Part shown: positions 30,908 through 41,906 of the stretch, one piece after another
How positions within the stretch are numbered: the stretch's first letter is position 1
How the letters are laid out: every line of letters begins with the position of its first letter
Translations under genes and position numbers: made by a program
Source of the DNA: Candidatus Pyrohabitans jungbluthii
GTDB taxonomy: Archaea > Hydrothermarchaeota > Hydrothermarchaeia > Hydrothermarchaeales > BMS3B
Assembly (NCBI GenBank): GCA_002010065.2
Contig: MTMD02000008.1
Span: 256,001-320,000 of the forward strand
Reading direction: 5' to 3'
Length of the DNA: 64,000 nt
Notes under the pieces: model-generated
Told to the model about the DNA's origin: nothing
Database searches by the model: none
Seen by the model: the letters and a program-made list of their open reading frames with translations, nothing else

Positions 30908-31168
30908 ATGGAGGAAGGTATACTCATCGAACTTTTCACCTCACCAACGTGCCCATACTGTCCGCGCGCCAAGGAGGTTGCAGAGAGGATAGTCAAGAGG
31001 ATGCCAAAGGTGCTTCTCATAGAGCGCGACGTTTCTCAGCCAGAAAACGCTGAGATAGCGCGGAGCTATGGGATTCAGGGCGTACCAGCGATGGTCATCA
31101 ATGGCAGATACAAGATTTTAGGGGTGCCGAGAGAGGAGCAGCTTCTGCACTACCTCTCCACCCTTTAA
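30908..31168 (+). CDS. Thioredoxin/glutaredoxin-like protein
   Basis: [21 protein letters not shown]. Confidence 0.92.
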   Translation: MEEGILIELFTSPTCPYCPRAKEVAERIVKRMPKVLLIERDVSQPENAEIARSYGIQGVPAMVINGRYKILGVPREEQLLHYLSTL

Positions 31169-31191
31169 AAAAATTAAGGAGGTGGTTTTTG

Positions 31192-33390
31192 ATGGCAAAG
31201 GAGATAGAACTTAAGGTAGCAGAAGCTAAGTCCAACGACGTTGGACGAGGCATAGCTAGGATTGACCCTCATGTTATTGAGGAACTCGGACTCACTTCTG
31301 GCGATGTCATCCAGATTATTGGTAAAAAGAAGACTGTGGCAATAGTGTGGCCCGGTTATCCTGAGGACGCTGGTTTCAAAATTATCCGCATCGACGGGTT
31401 TACGAGAAAGAACGCGGGCGTGGGAATAGACGATAAAGTAAAAATTCGCAAGGTTACAGCGCAGCCTGCAACTGTTGTGAAGCTCGCTCCAACTGAGCCT
31501 CTTCGCATCGTGGGAGGCGAGGCTTACCTCAGGCAGTACCTGGAGAACCGCGCTGTCTCGCGAGGAGATATGATAGAGCTCAACATAATGGGCAGGAAGA
31601 TAGGCTTAGTTGTGACCAGCGTGCAGCCACCCGCAGATGCAGTGATAATCAACTATGCAACGCGGGTTGAGATAAGCGAGAAGCCGGCGAAGATTACAGA
31701 GACCAAGATACCCCGTGTTACCTACGAGGATATAGGTGGACTCAAGGAGGAAATTCGAAAGGTTCGCGAAATGATAGAGCTTCCGCTGAAGTATCCCGAG
31801 ATTTTCGAGCGCCTAGGCGTTGAAGCGCCCAAAGGCGTGCTTCTCCATGGTCCACCCGGCACTGGCAAGACGCTCCTCGCTAAAGCGGTAGCCAACGAGA
31901 CCAACGCCAATTTCTACAGCATCTCCGGGCCAGAGATTATGAGCAAGTACTACGGAGAAAGCGAGGAGAGGCTCAGGGAGATATTCAAAGAGGCGGAAGA
32001 GAACGCTCCAAGCATTATATTCATAGACGAGATAGACTCTATAGCGCCGAAGCGCGAAGAGGTTACTGGCGAGGTTGAGCGCCGCGTCGTTGCGCAGCTA
32101 CTCGCCCTCATGGACGGGTTAGAATCTCGAGGACAGGTCGTTGTAATAGGTGCGACCAACCGTCCAAATGCTCTGGACCCTGCGTTGCGTCGCCCGGGCA
32201 GGTTTGACCGTGAGATAGAGATAGGCATACCCGACAGAAATGCCAGGAAGGAGATCCTGCTCATCCACACGCGGGGCATGCCATTGCCAGAGGATGAGGA
32301 GGAGCGTAAGCGCATCATAGAGGACTTCGCAGATAAAACCCACGGCTTTGTGGGCGCCGACTTAGAGGCTCTCTGCAAAGAGGCGGCAATGCGCTCCCTG
32401 CGCAGAATCCTGCCTGAGATTGACTTCGAGCTGGAGAGCATACCCGCAGAGATACTGGACAAGATACAGGTGACCTACCAGGACTTCGAAGAGGCCTTTA
32501 TGGACATTGAGCCCAGCGCCATGCGGGAAGTGCTTGTAGAAGTGCCCGACGTAAGGTGGGACGACATAGGCGGTCTGGAAGAGGCGAAGCAGGAGCTCCG
32601 CGAGGCTGTGGAATGGCCCCTCAAGTATCCAGAGGTGTTCTCCCACATGCGTGCCCAGCCGCCCAAGGGCATACTGCTCTATGGCCCGCCTGGCACAGGT
32701 AAGACGCTCCTCGCAAAGGCGGTGGCGAACGAGAGTGAGGCCAACTTCATAAGCGTCAAAGGCCCAGAGTTCCTGAGCAAGTGGGTGGGCGAGAGCGAAA
32801 AGGCGGTGAGAGAAACCTTCAGAAAGGCACGCCAAGCCGCGCCGTGCGTGGTGTTCATGGATGAGATAGATGCGATTGCACCTACGCGTGGCTCGGGCTT
32901 CGATTCTCACGTTACAGAGCGTGTGGTGAGCCAGATCCTCACAGAGCTCGATGGCTTGGAAGAGCTGCGCGGCGTAGTTGTAATCGCGGCAACGAATCGC
33001 CCGGATATAATCGACCCCGCTTTACTGCGCCCGGGTAGGTTCGACCGCTTGATATTCATCCCGCCGCCTGACAGGAAGGCGAGGGAAGAGATATTCAAGA
33101 TTCACACCCGTTCCAAACCCCTCGCTGAAGACGTGGATATTGCCAAGCTTGCGGAGATGACAGAGAACTACACCGGCGCTGATATCGCTGCGGTGTGCAA
33201 CGAGGCAGTGATGCTGGCGATACGCGAGTATATAAGCGAGGGCAAGCCCCTGGATAAGGAGACGATGAAGAAAGAGCTCAAGCTGAAGATGAAGCACTTT
33301 GAGGAGGCGATGAAGAAGATAAAGCCCATATCCAAGGAAGAACTGGAGCAGTACCTGCGAATAGCTGAGAAGTTTAAAACATCGGCATAG
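31192..33390 (+). CDS. cdc48: CDC48/VAT AAA+ ATPase (copy 1)
   Basis: N-domain [10 protein letters not shown]; two AAA modules with GPPGTGKT and LRRPGRFD. Confidence 0.96.
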   Translation: MAKEIELKVAEAKSNDVGRGIARIDPHVIEELGLTSGDVIQIIGKKKTVAIVWPGYPEDAGFKIIRIDGFTRKNAGVGIDDKVKIRKVTAQPATVVKLAPTEPLRIVGGEAYLRQYLENRAVSRGDMIELNIMGRKIGLVVTSVQPPADAVIINYATRVEISEKPAKITETKIPRVTYEDIGGLKEEIRKVREMIELPLKYPEIFERLGVEAPKGVLLHGPPGTGKTLLAKAVANETNANFYSISGPEIMSKYYGESEERLREIFKEAEENAPSIIFIDEIDSIAPKREEVTGEVERRVVAQLLALMDGLESRGQVVVIGATNRPNALDPALRRPGRFDREIEIGIPDRNARKEILLIHTRGMPLPEDEEERKRIIEDFADKTHGFVGADLEALCKEAAMRSLRRILPEIDFELESIPAEILDKIQVTYQDFEEAFMDIEPSAMREVLVEVPDVRWDDIGGLEEAKQELREAVEWPLKYPEVFSHMRAQPPKGILLYGPPGTGKTLLAKAVANESEANFISVKGPEFLSKWVGESEKAVRETFRKARQAAPCVVFMDEIDAIAPTRGSGFDSHVTERVVSQILTELDGLEELRGVVVIAATNRPDIIDPALLRPGRFDRLIFIPPPDRKAREEIFKIHTRSKPLAEDVDIAKLAEMTENYTGADIAAVCNEAVMLAIREYISEGKPLDKETMKKELKLKMKHFEEAMKKIKPISKEELEQYLRIAEKFKTSA

Positions 33391-33473
33391 GTGACGGAGG
33401 GCAAAGCCCTCCCCTTTACAACAACAAATTTTAAAGGCATAGCGATGAATATTAATTAGCGGTCGTGGTAAGT

Positions 33474-35657
33474 ATGGAAGTTGAGCTTAAGGTTGCAGAG
33501 GCGCTACAGAACGACGTTGGGCGAGGTATAGTTAGGCTGGATACCCGCACCAGGGAGATTCTGGGCATCTCCACAGGCGACATAGTAGAGATTTATGGTA
33601 AGCGTAAAACAGGCGCCATAGTGTGGCGTGCTTATGCTGAAGATGAAGGGCTGGGCATCATTCGAATGGACGGCATTATTCGTCAGAACGCCCAGATTTC
33701 CCTCGGCGAAAATGTGCGGGTGCGCAAGGCGAAGGTTAACGATGCTCGCCGCGTGGTACTCTCGCCCAACCAGGCAATACGCTTCTCCACCGGCTTCGGA
33801 GACTTCGTAAAGCGTAGGCTTCTGGGCAGGCCTCTCACCCAGGGTGATAAGATTGTGGTGGGCGTACTGGGCACAACCCTGCCCTTCACTGTGACGCAGA
33901 CTATACCAGCTGGTATAGTGCGCGTGGCTGATCGCACTGAGGTGATAGTGCGCGAGGAGCCGGTGAAGGAGCGCGCAGGGATACCCAGCGTCGCCTACGA
34001 GGACATTGGCGGGCTCAAGGACGAGGTGCAGAAGATTCGCGAGATGATTGAGCTGCCCATGAAGCACCCCGAGCTTTTTGAGCGCCTTGGCATAGAGCCC
34101 CCCAAGGGTGTGCTTCTCCACGGTCCGCCCGGCACTGGCAAGACGCTCATCGCAAAGGCTGTAGCAAATGAGACCAACGCCTACTTCATCCATCTCAACG
34201 GTCCTGAAATCATGAGCAAGTTCTATGGCGAGAGTGAGGAGAACCTGCGCAAGGTTTTCAAGGAGGCTGAGGAGAACGCTCCAAGCATCATATTCATAGA
34301 CGAGATAGACGCGATCGCGCCAAAGCGCGAGGAAGTGCACGGCGAGGTTGAGCGCCGCGTCGTTGCGCAGCTACTCGCGCTGATGGACGGGTTGAAGTCT
34401 CGTGGTAGAGTCGTGGTAATTGGCGCCACGAATCGCCCCGATGCCCTCGACCCTGCGTTACGTCGTCCAGGCAGGTTTGACCGCGAGATAGTAATCGGCG
34501 TGCCCGACCGCAAGGGGAGAAAGGAGATACTCCAGATTCACACGCGAGGAATGCCCCTCGCGGAGGACGTTAACCTTGACGAGTTAGCAGACATCACCCA
34601 CGGCTTTGTGGGCGCCGACTTAGAGGCTCTCTGCAAGGAGGCGGCGATGAATGCACTGCGCAAAGTGCTGCCCAAGATAGACTTAGAGGAGGAGAGCATC
34701 CCGCCGGAGATTCTGGAGAGCTTAGAGGTCACCCGCGAGGACTTCCTCGAGGCGTGGAAGGTGATGGAGCCCAGCGCACTGCGCGAGGTTTACGTAGAGG
34801 TGCCAGACGTAAGGTGGGACGACATAGGCGGGCTGCACGAGGTGAAGCAGGCACTGCGCGAGACTGTGGAGTGGCCCATAAAGTATCCCGAAGGTTTCAG
34901 CAAGCTCGGTATCTCTCCGCCTAAAGGTGTGCTCCTCTTTGGTCCGCCCGGCACAGGTAAAACGCTGCTCGCAAAGGCAGTTGCCACTGAGAGTGAGGCC
35001 AACTTCATAAGCGTCAAAGGCCCTGAGATTCTCAGCAAGTGGGTGGGTGAGAGTGAGAAGGCGGTGAGAGAGATCTTCAAGAAGGCGAAGCAGGCGGCGC
35101 CGACAGTGGTGTTCTTCGATGAGATAGACGCCATCGCAAGCATGCGCGGAATCGAGGTGGGAAGCAAGGTGGGCGAGCGGGTGCTCAACCAGCTCCTCAC
35201 TGAGATGGACGGCCTGGAAGAGCTTCACAATGTTATTATCATCGCCGCAACAAATCGCCCGGACATGCTGGATCCGGCGTTGCTGCGCCCGGGCAGGTTT
35301 GACAAGATATTACTCGTCCAGGCCCCTGACGCCGAGGCGAGGCGGGAGATCTTCAGGGTGCACACCCGCAAGATGCCCCTCGCTGAAGATGTGGACTTCG
35401 ACTTCCTTGTGAAGCAGACAGAGAACTTTTCGGGTGCGGATATTGAAGCACTCTGCCGTGAAGCTGCGATGCTCGCCTTTAGAGAGGCGGTGCTCAACAA
35501 GGAGAGCTTTGACGAGAAGAAGGTGGAGATGCGCCACTTCCGTGAGGCACTCAAGCACGTGAAACCGAGCTTGACAGAGGAGACAAAGAAGACCTACGAG
35601 CAGTTCCTCAAGCGCTACGAGACAAAGGAGCTGGAGCGGCTGGTGTATATGGGATAA
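33474..35657 (+). CDS. cdc48: CDC48/VAT AAA+ ATPase (copy 2)
   Basis: Same architecture; C-terminus LVYMG. Confidence 0.96.
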   Translation: MEVELKVAEALQNDVGRGIVRLDTRTREILGISTGDIVEIYGKRKTGAIVWRAYAEDEGLGIIRMDGIIRQNAQISLGENVRVRKAKVNDARRVVLSPNQAIRFSTGFGDFVKRRLLGRPLTQGDKIVVGVLGTTLPFTVTQTIPAGIVRVADRTEVIVREEPVKERAGIPSVAYEDIGGLKDEVQKIREMIELPMKHPELFERLGIEPPKGVLLHGPPGTGKTLIAKAVANETNAYFIHLNGPEIMSKFYGESEENLRKVFKEAEENAPSIIFIDEIDAIAPKREEVHGEVERRVVAQLLALMDGLKSRGRVVVIGATNRPDALDPALRRPGRFDREIVIGVPDRKGRKEILQIHTRGMPLAEDVNLDELADITHGFVGADLEALCKEAAMNALRKVLPKIDLEEESIPPEILESLEVTREDFLEAWKVMEPSALREVYVEVPDVRWDDIGGLHEVKQALRETVEWPIKYPEGFSKLGISPPKGVLLFGPPGTGKTLLAKAVATESEANFISVKGPEILSKWVGESEKAVREIFKKAKQAAPTVVFFDEIDAIASMRGIEVGSKVGERVLNQLLTEMDGLEELHNVIIIAATNRPDMLDPALLRPGRFDKILLVQAPDAEARREIFRVHTRKMPLAEDVDFDFLVKQTENFSGADIEALCREAAMLAFREAVLNKESFDEKKVEMRHFREALKHVKPSLTEETKKTYEQFLKRYETKELERLVYMG

Positions 35658-35672
35658 GCTTTCGCCACATAA

Positions 35673-36998
35673 CTATACTCCACCCATCCCCCGCATCATC
35701 CTCGCAAGCTGTGGGAAGCCCTTGCCTCTGCCCTTCTTGAAGCTTTTAAGTGCCTTCTTCATCGTGTTGTAGTACTTTAGAAGCTCCTTTACCTCCTCCA
35801 CCTTGGTGCCTGAGCCGAGGGCGATTCTCCTCATACGGGAAGAATTTATTATTTTCGGGTTCCTCTTCTCAGCGGCTGTCATTGAATCCATTATCACCAG
35901 AAAACGCTTCATCCTCGCCTCGGTTACATCAGCCGCCTCCTGAGGCAGCGCAAACCCAAGGCCAGGGATCATCTTGAGTATATTACCCAGTGGACCCATC
36001 TTTGTGAGGGACTCGATCTGGGCGTAGAGGTCTTCGAGGGTGAAATCTCCCTTGAGTATATCCCTTGCCTTTGATTCGTCTATGGTCTCCTTGGCCTTTT
36101 CCAGCAGGCTCTGCAAATCCCCCATGCCCAGCAAGCGAGAGATGAAGCGCTCAGCATCGAATGGTTCAAGCGCGTCTATACCCTCACCCGTGCCCACAAA
36201 GCGAATGGGCGCACCCGTTGCGGCGACCGCTGAAAGAGCACCTCCTCCGCGAGCAGAGCCGTCCAGCTTGGTGAGCACCACGCCGGTTATACCTATGTGC
36301 TCATTAAACGCCTTAGCCTGCGTACCCGCCTGCTGTCCCAAATTTGAGTCTATGACAAGAAACTTCTCGTCTGGCTTAAAGACCTCTGCAAGGGCAACCA
36401 TCTCTCTGAAAAGCTCTTCCTCGCTCTTGTGCCTACCTGCGGTGTCGAGGAGTATGATGTCGCTCTTACCTACCTGGGTAAGTGCCTCTCTGACCACCTC
36501 CACTGCGTCTTTGCTCTCGGGTGAGCCGAAGACTTTTATGTGGAGTGGTTCAACCAGCTGAGAGAGCTGCTCATACGCGGCAGGGCGATATGTATCTGCA
36601 GCTATAATCGATACCCTCAGCCCACGCTTCTGGAAGTACTTCGCCAGCTTGGCTACAGTGGTGGTTTTGCCAGAGCCCTGCAAACCCACTAGCATTATCC
36701 TCGCCTTCTGAGGCAGAGCATAAGCCTCACCTCCCCCGAGAAGATTTACAAGCTCCTCGTAGAGCACGCGTATGGTGTGCTCCTTTCTGCTCAGCCCCGC
36801 AGGAGGTTTCTCTTTCAGAGCGCGGCTCTCCACCTTCTTGGAAAGCTCCATTACGAGCTTCACATTAACGTCTGCACTCAGCAGAGCGCGCTGAATGTCG
36901 CGCACCACCTCGCGGACAAGCTTTTCATCCACCATTCCAGCGAGGGTTATCTTGCGTATCACCCCGCTCAGGGATTCGCCAAGCTTATCGAGCGCCAT
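35673..36998 (-). CDS. srp54: Signal recognition particle protein SRP54
   Basis: ALL.ADVN, GLQGSGKTT, DTAGR, TKLDG.ARGG, M-domain IMDSMT..E. Confidence 0.97.
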   Translation of the reverse strand: MALDKLGESLSGVIRKITLAGMVDEKLVREVVRDIQRALLSADVNVKLVMELSKKVESRALKEKPPAGLSRKEHTIRVLYEELVNLLGGGEAYALPQKARIMLVGLQGSGKTTTVAKLAKYFQKRGLRVSIIAADTYRPAAYEQLSQLVEPLHIKVFGSPESKDAVEVVREALTQVGKSDIILLDTAGRHKSEEELFREMVALAEVFKPDEKFLVIDSNLGQQAGTQAKAFNEHIGITGVVLTKLDGSARGGGALSAVAATGAPIRFVGTGEGIDALEPFDAERFISRLLGMGDLQSLLEKAKETIDESKARDILKGDFTLEDLYAQIESLTKMGPLGNILKMIPGLGFALPQEAADVTEARMKRFLVIMDSMTAAEKRNPKIINSSRMRRIALGSGTKVEEVKELLKYYNTMKKALKSFKKGRGKGFPQLARMMRGMGGV

Positions 36999-37107
36999 CG
37001 CAAGCTTATAAAATATTACCCTGAAAAAATCTTATGGTACAGAGGTTTAGGAAAATTTTAAATAATTGGTGGTGCTAAACACACCACAGAAGAAGGAGGT
37101 CGCTGAT

Positions 37108-37371
37108 ATGGTCGAAGTCGAGTTACCAGATGTTGGGAAGATAAATGTTGACCGCGTGGTGGACTGCCAGGGGATGGTGTGCCCGAGGCCACAGCTTGAG
37201 GTGAAGCGTGCCGCAACACAGATGAAAGAGGGAGAAGTTGCAGAGGTACTGATAACCAACCCCGCCTCTGTCGAGGCGATACCCGGAATTTTGAAGAAGA
37301 CGGGTTGCACCCTCCTGGGCAAGGTAAAGGAAGGGAACGTCTTCAAGCTGTACTTCAAGAAGGGCACCTAA
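37108..37371 (+). CDS. TusA/SirA-family sulfur carrier
   Basis: VDCQGMVCPRP (CPxP); GGAGG RBS. Confidence 0.88.
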   Translation: MVEVELPDVGKINVDRVVDCQGMVCPRPQLEVKRAATQMKEGEVAEVLITNPASVEAIPGILKKTGCTLLGKVKEGNVFKLYFKKGT

Positions 37372-37376
37372 ATTTT

Positions 37377-37826
37377 ATGTTTGAGGATAAAACAAGAAGG
37401 CGGACGTTTATCGCCAGGCTTACCAAGCTCTTCTTTGGCATTTTTTCTTTAATCTCTATTGTCTCCGCCTTCAAGCTTAAGCCAGGCGCACCCGAGCGTG
37501 TGGTTTCTCTGGAAGCTATGCCGGTGCGCGTGGCGAGCATGGCGGAGCTCATGCAGAAGGGCTATGTTGCCTTTAACTTAAGAGGGAGGCCAGGGATTCT
37601 GCTCTTAGTCGGGGAGGAAATACGCGCCTTCGACGCAACTTGCACGCACATGGGCTGCCCGGTGAGCGGAAAATCTCTCAATACCAAGGGTGTGCTGGAG
37701 TGCCCCTGCCACGGCTCCACCTACGACCCGGCTACGGGTGAGCGCCTCTCAGGGCCAGCGCCTCGTGGCTTGAGTCCCCTCGAATTTGAGGTTCGCGGGG
37801 AGGAGGTCTACATCCTTCCGCAGTGA
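37377..37826 (+). CDS. Tat-exported Rieske 2Fe-2S protein
   Basis: TRRRTFI twin-arginine + TM, CTHMGC, CPCHGS. Confidence 0.9.
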   Translation: MFEDKTRRRTFIARLTKLFFGIFSLISIVSAFKLKPGAPERVVSLEAMPVRVASMAELMQKGYVAFNLRGRPGILLLVGEEIRAFDATCTHMGCPVSGKSLNTKGVLECPCHGSTYDPATGERLSGPAPRGLSPLEFEVRGEEVYILPQ

Positions 37827-37828
37827 AA

Positions 37829-38566
37829 CTAAACCTCAAAAAACATAATCACGAGCTGGATAACCAGTATGCCCAAGAGGAGGGTGAGAAGCGACTTGAC
37901 CACATCTCTGGTTTCCCCACTTTTCTGAAGTTCCGGCATTAAATCGGTGGTAGCTATGTATATAAACCCACCCGCAGCAAGCCCCAGCAGGGCGGGTACC
38001 AAATCAGTGACTAAAGAGGAGGAGAGAAGCGCAGCCGCAGCGCCAGCGAAACTGGCGAGGGCAGAGAGGAAGTTGAAAAACAGAGCCTTTGCTCTGGTAA
38101 ATCCCCCGTAAATCAGGATTCCAAAGTCGCCTATCTCCTGAGGTACCTCGTGGAAAATAATCGCTATGGTGGTGACCACGCCCAGGTCGAAGCTGGTTAA
38201 ATACGCCGCGGCTATAATTGCGCCGTCTATAAAGTTGTGCACTCCGTCGCCTATAAGGTTGAGGTAGGTGAAGGAGTGCACCTCGCATCTCTCCTCATGG
38301 CAGTGGTGCCACCTTATCACCCCCTCCACTATGAAGAAGAGCACTATACCGAGGAGCGCATAGGTTAGAGTGAAATCTCCATGCTCCGTAGCCTCAGGAA
38401 GAAGGTCGAGGAAAGCCGCACCGAGGAGCGTGCCCGAGGCGAAGGCAACCAAGGTTTTAATCACCCGCCTGAGCACACCCTCCTGAAACATGAGGGTAAA
38501 TATCCCCACCAGGGAAACAAGGCTGGTGAGGAGAACACTTAGGAGAATGGCTACAACAACATCCAT
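37829..38566 (-). CDS. ZIP-family metal transporter
   Basis: DLLPEA, DGVHNFIDG, HEVPQEIGDFG. Confidence 0.93.
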   Translation of the reverse strand: MDVVVAILLSVLLTSLVSLVGIFTLMFQEGVLRRVIKTLVAFASGTLLGAAFLDLLPEATEHGDFTLTYALLGIVLFFIVEGVIRWHHCHEERCEVHSFTYLNLIGDGVHNFIDGAIIAAAYLTSFDLGVVTTIAIIFHEVPQEIGDFGILIYGGFTRAKALFFNFLSALASFAGAAAALLSSSLVTDLVPALLGLAAGGFIYIATTDLMPELQKSGETRDVVKSLLTLLLGILVIQLVIMFFEV

Positions 38567-38715
38567 GGCATTTATTATGCTGCCCTAACATTAAAAAGCA
38601 TGCGATAATAATAGCTAACTTCTCCATGCCACAAGCTTCACTTGCGGGTAACGCATATATACCATGTTAATCTTACACAACTAAGGCAAGTGGAATCGCA
38701 GACTGGTGGTGAGCA

Positions 38716-39348
38716 ATGCCTTCGGAGGCTAAGTGGAAGTCCCTTGCTCTGGCTTTTGCAGTCCTCTTTCTACTATCTGCAATATGGGGGTATGCAAGAG
38801 TACCCTCTGGCTCTATGGTGGTGCCGGAGGAGGAGTACACCATCCTGAAAAGCAGCATCTCAGCGCTTCAGAAGGAGAATGATAAGCTTAAAATCGAGCT
38901 GGCGCAGATCAAGAAGGAGCTTGAGCAGGTAAGAAAAGAAAAGGGGAAGACCGTTGGGGATTTTACATATACGGGAGAAGAGTTGTGCACCTCTGATGGC
39001 AAGCCCGTGGTCTATTTCTTCGGCACCAGCTGGTGCCCTCACTGCAGATGGGAGAAGCCCATAATAAAGCAGGTGGCGAGCGAGTTTTCCAACAGCATCG
39101 ACTTCAGGTTCTATGAGTTGGACCTGCAGAGCGCCCCCGAGGAGGACATGAAGGTGTTCCGCAAATTCAGTCCGAACGGAGCGGTGCCCACCCTTGTGTT
39201 TGGGTGCAGCTACTACCGCGTGGGAAGCGGGGAGAACTTTGGAGAGGAGGCTGAGGCAGAGGCGCTTAGAGCACTGCTCTGCAAGATAACCCAGAGTAAG
39301 GCAGAGGTGTGCAAGAAGTACGCGGGCATAATCGCGGGAATACCGTAA
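38716..39348 (+). CDS. Membrane-anchored thioredoxin-family protein with coiled-coil stalk
   Basis: N-terminal TM, coiled coil, WCPHC, VPTL. Confidence 0.82.
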   Translation: MPSEAKWKSLALAFAVLFLLSAIWGYARVPSGSMVVPEEEYTILKSSISALQKENDKLKIELAQIKKELEQVRKEKGKTVGDFTYTGEELCTSDGKPVVYFFGTSWCPHCRWEKPIIKQVASEFSNSIDFRFYELDLQSAPEEDMKVFRKFSPNGAVPTLVFGCSYYRVGSGENFGEEAEAEALRALLCKITQSKAEVCKKYAGIIAGIP

Positions 39349-39380
39349 AGGTATTATATGCGCGGGTATAACTTTCGTGT

Positions 39381-39785
39381 ATGCGCGTAGCTGTACTGCT
39401 TTTTCTGCTCCTGGTGCTGAGCGGGTGCACCGCACTGGGCTCAAAACATACGATTAAGCTTGAGAGTGAGGTGACGCCGAGCAAGGTGAGCATCGAGGAG
39501 CCTGAGGAGATTGTGGTCAAGGCGAAGACCACCAACATCGCCGATAAGATGGTGACAGTAGAGGTGAACGTGGTTGAAACTGAAGGGCTGAGCATTACCA
39601 GGCCCAACAAGACCACGTTCAGGCTTAAGCCCGGGGAGAGCAGGATAGTTGAGTTTAAGGTGAATCTCAACGAGGATGCGGTGCCAGGGGATTACAGGAT
39701 AGACGTCCAGGCAAAAACTACCGAGGGTGATGTGGTGCTGGACAAGGCAAAGCTCCGGGTCTACAGGAAGAAGGCGCTGCTGTAG
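39381..39785 (+). CDS. Lipoprotein with Ig-like domain
   Basis: Lipobox LSGC, beta-rich L.PGE....F.V...PGDY. Confidence 0.7.
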   Translation: MRVAVLLFLLLVLSGCTALGSKHTIKLESEVTPSKVSIEEPEEIVVKAKTTNIADKMVTVEVNVVETEGLSITRPNKTTFRLKPGESRIVEFKVNLNEDAVPGDYRIDVQAKTTEGDVVLDKAKLRVYRKKALL

Positions 39786-39830
39786 ATAAGATATTTATTT
39801 TACCTCGGGAATATAATCATATAACCCACA

Positions 39831-39904
39831 GGGCCCGTAGTCTAGCTGGTTATGACGTCGCCTTGACACGGCGGAGGTCCGGAGTTCGAATCTCCGCGGG
39901 CCCA
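39831..39904 (+). tRNA. tRNA-Val (GAC)
   Basis: GGGCCCGTAGTCTAGCTGG...TCGCC-TTGACAC-GGCGG...GTTCGAATC...CGGGCCCA. Confidence 0.93.
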
Positions 39905-40081
39905 CTTTTAACAAAATTTCATGGCACCTACACAACCTCTCTTTTTAGAAATGTAAACTAAAAGGTGCATGTATGTAAACTAAAAGATTATCTTTCAGAA
40001 TATGTATAATTTATATTGCCCAGGGAGGTAAGAATCCTACTTCTTTTTCTTCATCATCCCTGGGCCTCCTCCCTCCCAACC

Positions 40082-40651
40082 CTATTCCATCTGTTTCATG
40101 GAATAGACCATCCTGTGGAAAGCGGTAAAGAACCCCATGAGTGCAAGAAAGACTAATAGGTAGTAAACCTGCCCTAAGAGGAGCCCTAATATTATTGCCA
40201 GTATCCTGAAATCCCGTGTGGCGAGACCTACTCTGCACTCTGCTCCAACAGCCTCTGCCCTGGAGCGGGTATAGCTCACAAGGAAAGTCCCCACAATCGC
40301 AAAGACACCCGGGAACCAGTAGTCAGCAGGGGCTAAGGCGATTAGAGCGATTATTAAGCCTGCGTCCACAAATCTATCCAGCACGCTGTCAAGATATGCT
40401 CCCCTCCTAGTTGTCTGTCCTTTTAGCCTTGCCAGGTCACCATCGGCGCAATCCAGAATCTGAGAAATAAAAAGCACAACTACGCCTGCGATTACCTCTC
40501 TGATTGCTATGAGATATGCGGCAAAAAATCCCACGAAGGCTGCAAACCAGGTAACTGCATTTGGAGAGACGCCCGTATGCTTCAGCAATTTTGCTATAGG
40601 GATGGAAAATCTCCTGTAAACGTAGTTTGTCAGCGGATACTTAAATTCCAT
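40082..40651 (-). CDS. CDP-alcohol phosphatidyltransferase (archaetidylinositol-phosphate synthase-like)
   Basis: SPNAVT, DCADGDLAR...G.YLDSVLDR; start placed at MEFKYP, downstream of the tRNA. Confidence 0.88.
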   Translation of the reverse strand: MEFKYPLTNYVYRRFSIPIAKLLKHTGVSPNAVTWFAAFVGFFAAYLIAIREVIAGVVVLFISQILDCADGDLARLKGQTTRRGAYLDSVLDRFVDAGLIIALIALAPADYWFPGVFAIVGTFLVSYTRSRAEAVGAECRVGLATRDFRILAIILGLLLGQVYYLLVFLALMGFFTAFHRMVYSMKQME

Positions 40652-40722
40652 CCCTAAGCACCACTTAATATACTCCCTATTTTTACAGATGAACGCAACA
40701 CCCACCCAATATAAGCAAGTTA

Positions 40723-40794
40723 TGGGCCCGGAGGGATTCGAACCCACGACCGCCCGGTTATGAGCCGGGCGCTCTACCGCTAAGCTACGGGCCC
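40723..40794 (-). tRNA. tRNA-Ile2 (CAT anticodon, agmatidine-modified type)
   Basis: GGGCCCGTAGCTTAGCGG...CCCGG-CTCATAA-CCGGG...GTTCGAATC; the acceptor stem is of the Ile type rather than Met. Confidence 0.8.
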
Positions 40795-40916
40795 GCAGGT
40801 GTAAGATTGCATTGAAAATATTTATCATTTTCTCTATACTAAGGAACGACAAAAAAGGATTATGTAAGGGTGTGATATTTATACCTGGGATGGCAGAATA
40901 TACTTGGGGAGACGTA

Positions 40917-41843
40917 ATGAACTACGAGCTGGTTAAGGAGACGGCAAGCAAAATTGCACGCATGGAGATTCGGGGCGCGGCGAAGATTGCCCAGAGCGCG
41001 GCTCAGGCTCTTCGCGATTTCGCCCTTAATTACCAGGGAGAGAGCGCGGCAAAGTTCCTCTCAGAACTTGAGAAGGCTGGCACCATCCTCAAGGAGGCGA
41101 GGCCGACTGCGGTAAGCCTTCCCAACGCAGTGAACTATGTGCTCCTTGCTGCTAGAGGAAAGGGCGAGGTAGAGGAGATTAGAAGGGCGGTGGTTAACGC
41201 AGCAGAGGACTTCATTGCCCGCTCAAAGAAAGCGCTCGGCAGAATAGGAGAGATAGGAGCCAGACGTATAAAGAGCGGCGACATTATACTTACCCACTGC
41301 AACTCCCAGGCGGCGCTTTCTGTGATAACTACCGCCTTTCGTCAAGGCAAAGATATAGAGGTGATTGCCACCGAGTCGAGACCACGCTACCAGGGGCATA
41401 TTACAGCGAGGCAGCTCGCCGAGCAGGGCATACCGGTGACGCTTATCGTCGACTCTGCTGTGCGCACATTTATGAAAGAGGTGGATAAAGTAATAGTGGG
41501 CGCGGACAGCATAGCCGCGAACGGGGCGGTGATTAATAAAATTGGCACCTCGCAGATAGCGCTCGCTGCCCACGAGGCGAGGGTGGTCTTCATGGTGGCT
41601 GCCGAAACATACAAGTTCCATCCCAAGACGCTGATAGGCGCGCTGGTGGAGATTGAGGAGCGCCCCAGCGAGGAGGTTGCCAACCCAGAGGAATTCCCTG
41701 GGGTAAAGATTCGAAACCCCGCCTTCGACGTCACCCCGCCCGAGTACATAGATTTGATAATCACTGAGAAGGGCGTAATTCCACCACAGGCGGCGATAAT
41801 GGTGTTAAAGGAGGAGTTCGGGCTGGAGCTTGAGAAGGAATAG
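40917..41843 (+). CDS. Ribose-1,5-bisphosphate isomerase (eIF2B-like)
   Basis: [47 protein letters not shown]. Confidence 0.9.
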   Translation: MNYELVKETASKIARMEIRGAAKIAQSAAQALRDFALNYQGESAAKFLSELEKAGTILKEARPTAVSLPNAVNYVLLAARGKGEVEEIRRAVVNAAEDFIARSKKALGRIGEIGARRIKSGDIILTHCNSQAALSVITTAFRQGKDIEVIATESRPRYQGHITARQLAEQGIPVTLIVDSAVRTFMKEVDKVIVGADSIAANGAVINKIGTSQIALAAHEARVVFMVAAETYKFHPKTLIGALVEIEERPSEEVANPEEFPGVKIRNPAFDVTPPEYIDLIITEKGVIPPQAAIMVLKEEFGLELEKE

Positions 41844-41902
41844 TTACCCGCAACCGCAGGTTGCGGCATGACGAAGTTACCAAGAGCTTCGCTCCGGGTA
41901 AC
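41843..41902. other. Branched inverted-repeat element between convergent genes
   Basis: Outer GTTACCC/GGGTAAC; inner CCGCAACC-gca-GGTTGCGG and CGAAG...CTTCG. Confidence 0.5.
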
Positions 41903-41906
41903 GAAG

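Noticed and set aside
39951-39986. 14-bp direct repeat ATGTAAACTAAAAG after tRNA-Val
   Set aside because: Only two copies, with no att-like tRNA fragment or integrase; possibly a short duplication or binding site but unsupported
39831-40794. Inverted GGGCCCGTAG repeats flanking the CDP-alcohol transferase gene, resembling element ends
   Set aside because: They are simply the 5' ends of two convergent tRNA genes (Val and Ile2)
40652-40916. ORF-track N-terminal extensions of the 40082 and 40812 ORFs
   Set aside because: They run through the tRNA-Ile2 gene and promoter DNA; better starts are 40651 and 40917
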